From Tubiluchus corallicola (lineage: Eukaryota; Animalia; Priapulida), in assembly GCA_030141605.1 (NCBI GenBank), contig JAQGDQ010000461.1:62001-126000 (forward strand): a DNA stretch of 64,000 nucleotides, in the 5' to 3' direction. A program made the position numbers and the translations under genes. Positions within the stretch are counted from its first letter, which is position 1, and the number at the start of each line of letters is the position of its first letter. Below the pieces are notes generated by a model. That model saw only the letters and a program-made list of their open reading frames with translations, had not been told where the DNA came from and made no database searches. This document shows, piece by piece, positions 25,554-37,700 of the stretch.

Positions 25554-28500
25554 TAGGGGTGAGCATCCGAGATCTCTACCAGAAAGCGAATTCGAATCGA
25601 ACAAAATTTGAGACTTTCAAATACGAATCAAACCGAACTTTACTATTTCAATTTCGAATTGAGATGAAAAAATTTTCGAACAAGTTTTTGATTCAGCAGG
25701 GAAAATTAGTTTTACAAAGAGCATGCATATTATTCCATTTTGTTCTGCAGTAAAACAACTAATAATTTGTTTAAAATTGTGCACAGAAATCACAGCTAAA
25801 TTATGCTAACTGCACGATGCTTCAATCGTTTTAATCATAAAGAATGAGTGTTTGCGATTGCGATTGCGAGACTCGACTCTCTCCACCTATCAGAGGCGGG
25901 CACCGTTATAGGGTGCAAAGTCTATTCTTCTATAACGCTGATTGTTTAGTTGTCTTTTCCAAGGTTAATGTCTTTATCCTGTATTCCATAAATTCGTTCA
26001 CTAGATTTCTAATTTCTAGCAATCCTTCCTTTTCACTGCTCATTAATACATCTGAGTTCAAACTTTTTTTCCATTCTCCATATCTGTGACATCTAAGCAT
26101 ATGTTCAGTAGTGTCATCATCTTCCTCACACACTGGACCTAATAACTGATCCTTAAACTCATTCTTGTAGTTCCCTTTAATTTTAAAATATTCAGTCTTA
26201 TTTTCAATATATATTTAACCTCTTCTGGCTTGCATGTGTCTATGTATTTTTGTCGTTTCCACTCGGTATGCCTTAAAAATCTTAATTTAGTGCTGCTCCT
26301 GCATTTTTCTGCACATTCATTCTTTATACAACATTCAATCTTATTCTTTATTTCTTTCTTCCATTCAGACTTTTTCATGACCTTCACCCTTTCTTTATTA
26401 GCATCTATGGTATATTTTTTGCAGCCTCAACTACTTCATTATACCATGACCTTTTATGTGCACTGTTTATTTGCATTTCGAGTACCTCTGATGCTAATCT
26501 CTTTGGTTTACTAATCAGTAAATTCTGATAGAACATCAATCTCCTATAATTTACTTTATGTTTTAGAGGCCATATGCCTATTTCAGTTACTAATCCCCAG
26601 TATGGCGTTGATTCACTAAGATTAAATAATGTTTTTAAAGCATTTGCTTGAATCATTTCTAATTTCTCCCAATCAGTTGTCGTCAAATTTGACCATGTCT
26701 CAGAACTATTTAGCACTGCACTCACTGAAAGAAGCTCGTACAGCATTAGTTTTACCCCTATTGAGCAATCTCCCACTTTCAGCTGACCTCCCATTGTATT
26801 GATGTAACTAATTATCATTTTATTTTTCCCAGTTCGTTTTCCCAACATTGTTTCATAACTACATTTTGTATTAATCCAATCTCCAAAATATTGGTATTCC
26901 TCTGCTTCCTTAACATCTCCGTTCCTTAGTGACTCACATAATTCTGGAATCCTCTTCCTTCGTGTCATGTTAGTTCTCATATATTGTGTTTTCTGTATAT
27001 AGAATGATAATCTTTTGGTTCTTTCAATTTCTTGATAGTTTTTAACCATGTGCTTGATTATAGTTTCTTGTCCTATTCCAACAATATCGTCAATGAATAA
27101 TAACATACCCACATGTATATGCCTGCCCATTACAGTCCCTGTTATCACCATCTCATTAATTCGGTTTATTGCAGCACAACATAGTAATGGTCCCAGCACT
27201 GTTCCCTGTTGGACTATTTCATTTATTTCTATCTGGTCTGTTCTTCCCAATGGTGTTTCTATAACTATTTCTGCAATTTCATTTAGTTTATATAGCATAA
27301 AAATTTCTCCTGGTGATGTGCCCATCCTCCATAATTCTGTCAATGCATCGTTCAACCACAACTTATCAAAACACTTTTCTATGTCACAAAAAATTATGTA
27401 CACTTCATTTTTATAAAACCTGTTATACTCTAACATTGCCCTCAAGGTGTACAGATGGTCATATACCCCTCTGTTTTTTCATCCGCCACATTGGTGAACT
27501 CCTATGTTTTCTTCAAATTTAACTATTATTCTATTTTTGATCACCTTTTCCATTAGTTTACTGAAAATATTTGTTATGAACAGCCCTCGTCTATTTTTCA
27601 TCTCTTTCTTGTCACCTTTTCCCTTATATATTGACTTTATTTTCATTTGGGCCCATTGTTTCGGTATTTTCTTTTGCTTCATTATTTCATTCAGCATTGC
27701 TACTATACTATCGATAAATTCCTTCCCTGCTTGTTTGATCATTTCATTCTTCCATCTTTGCATGTCTGGAGCCTTTTTATTTTTTAATGATCGAACGGCT
27801 TCATTCACTTCACTGTTAGTAATTACTTTTACTTCCTCCTCACTTGCCATTTGTTCAACAAGTTTGAAAATTTGTTCAACCCTTGATTCTATCATTTGCT
27901 CATATTCATCCTCTGTCGGAGTAGGAGTTAACAATTCTTCATAATATTTTTTAAAAATCATCTTAATTTTTCCTGGGTCCTCTTGGATCTCACCTTGTTT
28001 ATCTCTCATTGATATAGCTTCTTCTATTTTAGGTTTATCGATGCACTTTTTGAATTCCCAGAACTACTGCTGCTTAAGTTTTCCATTTACTGTAATTGTC
28101 TTAACAATTTTATTTATTCTATTTATTTGTTCCTTCCTTTGCACATTCCTCATCATGTTTTCTATTAGTTCAATTTTTATTTTAATCATTCTTTTTCTTT
28201 CAGAGTCTTCTTCGTTGCTCATTTCATGTCTTTCGTCTTTCTTTATTTAACTTCCTTGACATTTTACTTTCATATTTTTGTTTCCTTTTTCCTTTTACTG
28301 AAAGGCACCTGTCTCTTATTGCTGCAACTTGATTAATCCAACCATCATATTTGCTCTGAATTGATCTGTTACTGCTCCATACTTTGCTAAATATTTGATC
28401 ATCAGTTTCTTTTTTGTATTTGTTCATTTTATTTTTATTAGACACTACTAATTTTTTTATCTCATCACTTTTATCTCTTTTCATTTTGCTAATGTCAACC

Positions 28501-29193
28501 TAATCAAATTCACTATATATTGTATTGAGGTCTATATATATTATTTTTTTCTCGCCACTACTAGTCACTCTGTACACTCCATACAGTTTTCGTCAACAAG
28601 TGTAAACCTATGTGCATTTACATCATTTGCACTTATTATAATATAATCAATAACAGATTTCCCAGCTTCTTCTCTTGTCCAAATTCCTGAGCATTCTTCA
28701 GTTGCATTTAATATTACTAGATTTTCTTTTTTAACCAGATTTAGTAACATTTTTCCTGCCCAAGTTATTTCATCATTATTACCTTTGATAATATTTTCTA
28801 CTTTTGCATTGAAGTCACCTATAAGTAAGCACTCTTGGTTTTCATTTTTTGCTTTTTGTACTTGTTTATGTATTTGTTCATACATTTTCTTCATTTCTTC
28901 TGTATCTGTCCTACTTTCCTGAGGTGCATACAATAATCCTACTCTCAATTTTACTTTTGAATTATCCATTACAACCCATAATTGTTCGCCTACTTCATTA
29001 TACTGGTCAGCTTTTATTGTTACATTTTTTAAGTCATTTTTAATTGCCAATAATATCCCCCCTCCATACTTATTTCTATTGTGATGTGTGATTGAAGTGC
29101 TGAATTATTCGAATCTATAGTTTTAGGTTTGAATTGAATTCGAACTAGAAAAACTCGTTCGAATTGAATTCGAACGTTCAATGCTCATCCCTA
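25554..29193. mobile_element. hAT-type MITE split by the LINE insertion (arms about 25554-25850 and 29099-29193)
   Basis: Termini TAGGGGTGAGCAT / ATGCTCATCCCTA; 8-bp TSD ATAATTAT (25546-25553) / ACAATTAT (29194-29201). An uninterrupted related copy lies at 51240-51478. Confidence 0.85.
25851..29098 (-). mobile_element. 5'-truncated, frameshifted non-LTR retrotransposon (APE endonuclease + reverse transcriptase + C-terminal Zn-knuckle remnant)
   Basis: Broken ORFs: 28565-29050 (YAPQ, IGDFNAK, SVIDYI = endonuclease); 27479-28009 (KNKKAPD, W..MKIKSIYKGKG, NRRGL); 26405-27445 (DIEKCFDKLW, QQGTVLGP, LFIDD = RT); 25930-26133 (C..DTTEH..C). 3' tail of (CGCAAT) repeats near 25852-25868. Confidence 0.92.
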
Positions 29194-30149
29194 ACAATTA
29201 TAGGCCCGTGTTTCTTATATGTATATGTTGCAAAATAATGGAAATGTGCATAGGTGATGAAATGTTAAAACGTCTCATATGTAACTATTGTCCTGCGTCT
29301 AGTCAGTCAAAAAGTAACAACTCTTTTAAACTGTATGTTTTATTTGATCTGCTAAAACACTTTGTCATTTTTTTCCTAATAGGGTTGTTACTACATGTAT
29401 CTGGAACAATTTACGAGAATTTGTAAATGATGTACTATTGGTAAAAGCTCAAAAGGCAAAATTAATATTTTTAGACGATAATTAAATTATGTCAATCTCA
29501 ATGTTTCTTAGAATTCAACAGGCACATGTATAAGCATTTGCCCACCGTGACTCCCCCACAACGCCCCTCATTATTATGTTGTATTTTATGGGTGTACATA
29601 AATTATTTTAATGTCTATTGCATGCTTTTCATAATGATATACATATGCGTACGAATATGTACATATTTTAATGGATATTGTTTACTTTTTATTTGATGTG
29701 CGATAAACTTAAACTTAAAAGCTTAAACTTGTTTTGAACTACTTGCCAAGGCAAGGCATTGACTGGAAATTCATATTTGGGCAATAAACGACAACTAAAC
29801 TGATATTGAACTGAATTGAAAAGAAGAGCTTCCATATTAGCTGTGCTCGTTAGCAACGAAAATTCAGCTAATGTCTTTATGCCACGTATTGATACTCTTG
29901 CTAAGTTATTGTTCCTAAGATTAAGTTATTGACTAAGATTAAAAATAATCGAATTTATAATTGAAATAATAGCCGAGTCTAAAAGGTTTGTTGTAATAAT
30001 ATTGTCTCTCAGAATTTTCAGAGATGTGAATAATGGTAGCAAAACCGTACCGTACTGTAGTAAACTGAGAGTCGTGCCAAACTGTCAGCTCATGCTGATC
30101 TTTTTCACGTGTACGGGTATTGACTGTCACTGTGAAAATTTACCAAACC

Positions 30150-30670
30150 AGACTTGAAGACATTTATCAGTAGTGCCTCAACTAGCTTCAATCAGTGTGC
30201 TGATTGATAAGGACCTGAAGTTTTACAATCATACAAGCTCGTTGGTAAACAAACCCAGTATGACAATAAAGAGTTTGCCGCCATGAAACGTGCGTTTACG
30301 TACATAAACAGTGAAATGATTGTTCACATAATCAAAACTCTTCTTAGACCACACCTAGAATATGCCAATGTTGTTTGGGGACCAAAGTTTATAGGAAATG
30401 CTCAACTCACAGAAAATGTTCTACGAAGGGCTATAGTATAGATGGTTTCATCATTCAGTGCCTTGGACTACACAGCAAGACTAAGAAAATTAAGCATTCC
30501 ATCTGTACAATATAGGGCCAATGCAGTGACATGATTCAGGTATTTTGAATTATCAATAAAAGCGACGATTTGGACAAGTCATCCTTTTTCTTGAGGTATG
30601 CAGCAACCACTAGAGGTCACCCTTGCAAATTCTACAAATCCAGAGCCAAACTGGATTTAAGGAAGTAGTG
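30150..30670 (+). mobile_element. Decayed CR1-type LINE 3' fragment
   Basis: Reads ...KTLLRPHLEYANVVWGP...YTARLRKL...TTRGHPCKFYK, typical of the CR1 ORF2 C-terminus. Confidence 0.75.
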
Positions 30671-30829
30671 GAATGGAATCGCAAACATTCTTTGTACCGT
30701 ACTCACACTAAATGCCAGTAGAGAAAAGGCATTACAAGTGATCCATGGACCTACCTCTAGCATTAAACATTGGATATGGATATGGAGATTATTCAATATA
30801 TATGCTTCAATTATTGACAGCTCTATGTT

Positions 30830-31170
30830 AGTACAATTTTGAGTGTTTAGTGGTATTAGGTTGTTTTAACAGCTTCCTTTCATGGCCGCTCACGTTTCTG
30901 TCAACTCCTAACTTCTCATAAAGTATTCTTCTTTATTGGATTTGTCAATGAAGGTTCCATACCACTAATGCATATTCCAGATGTGGTCTAACTATTGATA
31001 TATGGGGTCTAACTTAAAGATAACTAAATACACATCCTTTGCTTAATAGCAGTCAGTTAAAACTTTTCTATTTCAAAGTTAGTCTATTGTTAAGTGACAC
31101 CTACTGTATAATATTATACAAGGTGATGGTAAGCCCGACACTAATTTAAAGATCCTTGGATGAATACTTG
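30830..31170 (-). mobile_element. Decayed CR1-type LINE fragment
   Basis: Minus strand reads ...KDL...IVRPHLEYALVVWNL. Confidence 0.6.
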
Positions 31171-31788
31171 AATTGAAAAGTGCAAATAAAATTCAGTTCA
31201 ATTCAATGCCATCAGTACCTATGTGTACAGATTTGAATGGCTTAAATTTGTACACATATTTTTTCTTTAATTTCGTCAACTGCAAAAAATCATACAATCT
31301 TAAAATAAACTTCTTAACAACTTCAATGAGTAAATCCAGCTTAAATTGATTTATGTAAATAATTATAATTTTATATATGTGTGTAAGAGTGTGTGCGTGC
31401 TTGTGATATCTTTACGTGTAGTTGTTCTTCAGAACTTGTATATGCCACAATCTAAGTACCATCTGACCAGTGACCACACCAGCTGGCTTAGCCTAATTAC
31501 TGATTGCTGTTGTGCTTGATTAAGCCAGTAAATAACTAGTGGACGTTTTTTGACTGTGTCAAAAACTGTTGCAAGACTCTGCTTCTGTGACAGGATGTGC
31601 CTTATGTGAGAGCTTTTATTTGTAAAATTAAAATGTTTTTCAAAATAGTTAACATGTATGCAAACACTGTTATGCTTGACAAACTTTACATGGGATTTGA
31701 ATCTGCAACTTTTAGAAGCAAAATAGAACACTCTAACCATTGCGACACATAACTTTCAAGCACTCACGCTCAGTTTATAATGGCTATA

Positions 31789-32195
31789 CAGTGTTCCCTC
31801 GCTACTTCGCGGTTCGTTTATCGCGTACTCGCTGTTTCGCAGGTTTTCAAAAATATTAATGTAAAATATTTATCGCGGTATTTTCGCTGTTTCACACGGG
31901 TTTTTGCGGTACGCCGTCTAAAGTATTTTTGCACATGCGTAGTACGTATTGTACAGTAATGTATAGATTTGAAGAATTTTGCATAAAAAATCACAAAATG
32001 TACAAAAATATATTAAAAGTGTTAATTCTAACATTAAAAGACTATTATAAATCATAAAAAAATACCATTTACAGTAAATAGTGTATTTATTCAGCGGATG
32101 AATACACACCAAAGCATAGCGTCCCTACTTTGCGGAAATTCACTTATCGCAGGTGGGCCTGGAACGGAACACCCACGATAAGTCAGGGAACACTG
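31789..32195. mobile_element. Tigger/pogo-like MITE
   Basis: TA-CAGTGTTCCCT ... AGGGAACACTG-TA, with internal TTCGCGG/TATCGC repeats. Confidence 0.85.
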
Positions 32196-32614
32196 TAATA
32201 CTGAGGCAGAATATGACGTCATCTGCATTGTGCGAGAATCCAGTTTCACATTGAATTTCTGCTATTTAGCCTAAAATTTCTCGATCAGTGTTCGTGCTTG
32301 TTTAGGTGTTTTCGGAAAAAACTTATATCATCTTGTAGCACAGTCTTTTCTCTTTCTAAAGAGTTATAAAACTCCCTTATACATTCCCATAACAAACCCG
32401 ATGAACGCATTTTCTCAATGATATTTCGCTCAGTTTCTACACTGATATAGGAAACTCTTACCTTTAACCCAGGTCCAGTGTCCACCAAAAACAGCAAAAC
32501 TTACACCGTTTGATTTGTCTCATCAAAACCTTTCATTTGATATATTACACAACACTGTTACTCAAAACTGAAAGCATTTGTGTCCCATACCCCTCGATTT
32601 TAGTTTTTGCTATC

Positions 32615-32925
32615 AAAAAAATTTCCCAAATGCAAATGGCTCATTTTAAGCCGTGCACAACAACTTGACACCACCTACCTACATACTAAAAATTGCGGCC
32701 CTAGCTCAAAAACTGTAGGAGGAGAACCAGCCTAACGAAAAAAAGAAGCTCTGTCCGCTTTGTGACATTTGACCCAGGAGTAACGGGTCATGTGCGAGCA
32801 TAAATTCTCCTGCCTGGAGAGTGTGCCCTGTGAGTTTCTTGAACCTAGCCCTGTGCATGTGTGAGTTATTAAAGAAACAAAATGTCACAAAGAATAAAGA
32901 ATAAAAACCAGGGGTAAATCAAGAA
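32615..32925. repeat. Dispersed repeat family B copy 2
   Basis: Same orientation and blocks as 16670-16990. Confidence 0.85.
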
Positions 32926-33160
32926 GATTCTGCTGTAAGCAGGATCTTAGTAAGTGTAACTATATTACTTGTACAATATATGGTTGACTAACTGATATAT
33001 AATCAGTTAAAATATACGCAATCATGAAATTCGTAATTTACTTATAGTTACTTAGTTCTCTCCACACCAGGGATATGTTACCACATTACACTCTCTCAAA
33101 ATTGCATTGCATAATTGTACAGTTGCAGTGGTGAAAATGGCAATTTTCTCTGAAAGTGAC

Positions 33161-33164
<4 letters not shown>

Positions 33165-33198
<34 letters not shown>

Positions 33199-33319
33199 TA
33201 TTTCCTACAATTCATTAAATGAATGTACACTTTTTAATAGTTAGCAAATTTAGTAAATAAATTAATATTAATGGTAACTTGTGACCGGATTAGTGGAAAA
33301 AGTAAGTACTGATATTTAC

Positions 33320-33351
<32 letters not shown>

Positions 33352-33416
33352 ATGTATATACATGCTTATATATCGTATATATATATATATATATATATAT
33401 ATGCATGTATATATAT
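33165..33416. repeat. (TA)n and (TG)n microsatellite cluster
   Basis: Visible dinucleotide tracts at about 33166-33192 and 33319-33416. Confidence 0.9.
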
Positions 33417-34754
33417 CGTTTTCATCCATTGTTGAGATGTGACGATATTCGCCTAGCTGTAATTTGTTTTCGAGCTCAAAAACAATGTTGTCACTTGCTT
33501 TGCCTATCTGCCCTTTTATTTGACTAACGTAGTAAATCAAATTATTCTTTCTTCTAGAAAGCCCATAAATTTGCCTCATTTTTAGCATTTTGTGCAGGAT
33601 GTTATGGAATGAGCTTGCACCCAATGGAAAAAACTTTTGTGGATGTAAAACGTGCAGACAGATAGATCTGTGTATGTGAGTGTCGGTGTGAATGCAGTGG
33701 AAACATGGTCTTGCTTGTGCCAGTTGTTGACAGTTGAAACGATTAGTGGTTTTATATATTCCAATGTTTTTGATGTATTATGTAGGAGTTTGTCATTTGC
33801 TTCTTGTTGTAGTACTGATGCTTCAAAAAACCTAATGTTAGCTCATAATTTATATAGCATAAGTTCATTATGTTGTGTACATTGTGTCATTAGTGAATGG
33901 CTAAAATTAACGGCGCAAATTTAGACTAGCGTGTTTTCTCGCCAAGTAAACTCCCCCGAAAAAACTTGTAACCACATTCAGGCTGGAGAGCAAATACTGC
34001 TGCGAGTTACTCTCCAACAGTTAGCACAAGCTGACAGCCTGAGACTTCCTTCTCTATTCACTGCGAGATTTATCGAGAGTAACTTACTGAGTCGTTCAGA
34101 CTAGACAGTTACTCACAGGAAATCTACTAACAGCAACTATCATTGAGTTTGTGATAACTTGCCGACAGTAACTCGCAAGCAGTTCACGCTTGTGAGTTTG
34201 CTGTCAGAGAGAAAACTCACAACTGAAACCTAGCTAGTCTGGACAAGTTATCATTAAATGTGAGAAAGGTCTAGTTTCAGATGCTCTTTTGTTCTGAATA
34301 GCAGTAATATATTCTTTGTGTGTAAGTGTCAAAATATATTTTGAATCTTAGAAATTTTGTATCCTTACCGTAAATTATAAACAAAACTTGATATTTCAGC
34401 CACATTTATTCTCTTGCTCCCAGAAGTACTTGTTTTGTTGGAATGACAAATAAACTAAGATATTGTTCTTTTCCAGAATATTATTTTCACTTTTTATCAT
34501 TGTTTGGTTGTGGCACAAATTTATTTTCTATGGTAGAATTTGAGCTAAAGTGTTAGCTTTGATAAACCTCATATGTTTTAAGCAAAAAAATATATACAAT
34601 TAACAAATTTGTTACTCAAAAGGCAGGCTTGAAAATGCTAATTTGTTAGATTTGGTAATTTTCATAATTAGGTAATATTTTGCACCAATTGTTTCATATA
34701 TTTTTTTAGATAATCCTGAACAAGAAATCGAAGATATGCAATAAAGATTTAGTC

Positions 34755-37700
34755 ATGCCTCTAAAAAGACGAACTCAATTGCAACCTGATGCTGAGACAG
34801 ACATAGACAGTGGATTCTATTTCCCGCATATGCCCTTACATGTGCATAAGGATATCGAGGGTGATGGTGTAACAAAAACAGATGAAGGTCCATCTAGTTT
34901 AAGTGGTGACAGAGCTAGCATAGCATTGTTGCTGCTTCTTTATGTTCTTCAAGGAATTCCGCTAGGCCTAGCTGGCAGCATTCCACTCATACTGCAATCT
35001 AGAAAGATCACCTATACTGACCAGGCTATGTTTAGCTTTGTGTACTGGCCATTCAGTGTAAAGTTGCTGTGGGCTCCTATTGTTGATGCAGCTTACTTGA
35101 GAAATTTTGGTCGGAGGAAAACCTGGTTGGTTCCCACACAGTATCTCATTGGTGTATTCATGTTGTACTTGTCACGCAAAGTTGGTTACTATTTAGGTAA
35201 AAATACTGAGCAGGTAACTGCATATTTAGGATATTAGTTTGTCATTCTATGCTTGCTGTGTGATACATAAGTTATCATTCATTGTTAATTATGTGCACAG
35301 AAATTGTGCACTGCATAGAAATTGTAAGTTGTATGTTCCATAATGTAGGCGGTAATATTGAGTAGAAATCAAATACTAAAAAATCCCAATTTTTTTAGTA
35401 GCTTTCTCGAGTCTTTGGCATCATTTTTCATGTGAAGTGACATGCTACTTTCTTATTATAACTATGCACAGTAACAGGCGGCACATCAATGAACTTTATG
35501 CTATTTTAGTAATCAATGCCTTATGTATTTTTGTTTGCATTTTTGTTATTTTTTTATAGGTGATGATGGTGGCGAGCCTAAGATCTTTGTTCTTACTGTC
35601 ATGTTCTTCATGTTAAACTTCCTGGCAGCAACACAAGACATTGCTGTTGATGGCTGGGCTCTTACAATGTTGTCTAGGTAAGTCTGTGAGAAATAATCTC
35701 TCAACGAAGGTAAAAAAGCTTACTCATTTAGTAAAGTAAATGGAAAATTGACACAACATTTTCTGCTCTTCAAAATATGAACTATAACCCTGCGACTATA
35801 AAAGTTTTTTATCACTTTATCTACACATTTTAACAATGCAGTTTTCTGATATTAGACGTAATGTGGGCTATGCATCAACATGCAATTCTGTTGGACAGAC
35901 TGCTGGATACTTTTTGGGCAATATTGTGTTTTTGGCACTGGAATCACCGGACTTTTGCAATAAGTACCTGCGCAGTACACCAGTCAGCACAGGCTTGGTT
36001 ACTCTTTCTGGTATACAATTTTAGCGCATTGTGTATAATATGTTTTCACTTTTGTCTTAAAAAGTGTTGCAGTTAAACGGAATATGTGATAAGTAATTTT
36101 TCGAAGCTTTTAATTCTCTTCTCACATGCTTAACCACTTTTTATGTGCTTGCTAAAGTAAGGACTAAGTGCCCGAATAAGTGCTTAGCGAAATGCTTATA
36201 ACAATTTGTGAGCAAAAAATTACATTTAAACTTGTAGTAATTATTATTTTGCTTGCTTTGTATTGCCAGTTTCAAAAATCTGTGCTCTAGTTTTGCCTAA
36301 AAAAGTAGTCTAAAAATATTTCGAATGTGTTCCCGACGTTCATTTCAAATGCATTAAAAGGGCCTTAGCGCAATTGGGCCCATATTTTGAATTCCAATAA
36401 ATTAAAATTTTAATTTCACTAATCTTCCTTTAATATACATAGACAGTTATCTGAATTTTCACTCATGTTTGTGTCTATTATAGATGAAAGCACAAATTTC
36501 ACTCCTTAAAAACAAAAGTGTAAACTACTCTTGAAAATGGAAACTATGCTTAGACATAAGTAAAGTAAAAAGTTGCATCCAAATGTAAAATGCTTTCATT
36601 TCTTTTTTAGCATTTCTTTGTTTCTTTCCAGGTTTTTTGTGGTTCTGGGGAATTATATTCATGCTGACAACTACATTAATATTGCTATTTAAACGTGAGA
36701 CTGAAGCTAGTAATGGAAATGGAGATATTGAGGGTGGAATTATAGATACTTACAAGCTGCTCATAAATGTAATCAAGCTACCTAGTGTCACAAGTTATGT
36801 TATCACATTACTCACGTGCAAGGTAGTAAATTATTACTGATTATTTTTATACAAATACAACTTTTCCTTATTTTGGCAAATTTACTTTTTCACAAAATTC
36901 TTTGTGTGGTAAAATTCTAGTGTAATGTAAGGTTTTTGTTATTCTGATATATCCGCTGAATTCATCTCAGAAGAACTACAAAACTGATTGTTAAACCTGC
37001 TGCAGTTAATATTGGTTTAAGGTGTTCAGGTACATGCAGGTTTTGCACTGGCTTGTGCTGCTAATAAAATTTGTTTTAATCATTTGTTAAAGTTTCCTAT
37101 GACGGGCAATGTTGCTACTAAACATTATCTTTTCATTTTGAACAAATGAAGCAATGGCATGGCTACTTGGCAGCATTTGTAGGCTTATGTCTAAAAATGA
37201 CTTGACAGCATCCAAGATATGTTATTAGTGAGAGTGGAAGTGGAATGTAAATGCAGAATCAACATGTCTGTTGAGCGTAGATGATCGTTCCGACTGCAAC
37301 AGTCATTGTCAATACTATATATAAAGTGTTGATTTATACTCTTGATCTGTAGTACTGACAATGACTATTATAATCAAAGCAGTCATCTACGCTCAATAAA
37401 CATTGATTCCTAGAGGCTGTCTCTTTCATGTATTAAATTTAGACTGTCTGCACTGCTGCCAAATACTTTGGGAAGATATGAATCTCCTATCTGTTAATGA
37501 GAATCTATAAAGAACATTTATTTCAGGTTGGCTTTGCAGCAGCAGATGGCATTACTGGATTAAAACTAATCGAAGCAGGGGTGCCCAAAGATCGCTTGGC
37601 TCTTCTTGGTATTCCCATAGTTCCTCTTCAAATCTTGCTGCCTTGGGTTGTAAGCAAATACATCACAGGACCAAGACCAATGGACTTCTGGCTTAAAGCT

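Larger units (their letters stand above)
25400..29440 (+). mobile_element. Decayed CR1/L2-type LINE RT fragment that hosts the MITE (visible at about 25400-25553 and 29194-29440)
   Basis: Removing the MITE rejoins WKSADIIPIFKK(G)DTCDLN|NYRPVFLICICCKIME, the conserved WK.A...PIFKKG...NYRPVSL...KI.E block. Confidence 0.8.

Noticed and set aside
33925-34240. Repeated GAGTTACT/AGTAACTC motifs, superficially array-like
   Set aside because: Irregular spacing, both orientations, eukaryotic context: degenerate MITE subterminal repeats, not CRISPR.
35197-35237. Alternative SLC33A1 donor CAG|GTAACT at 35213
   Set aside because: Phase 0 is incompatible with the next exon at 35560; the donor after 35196 keeps the frame.
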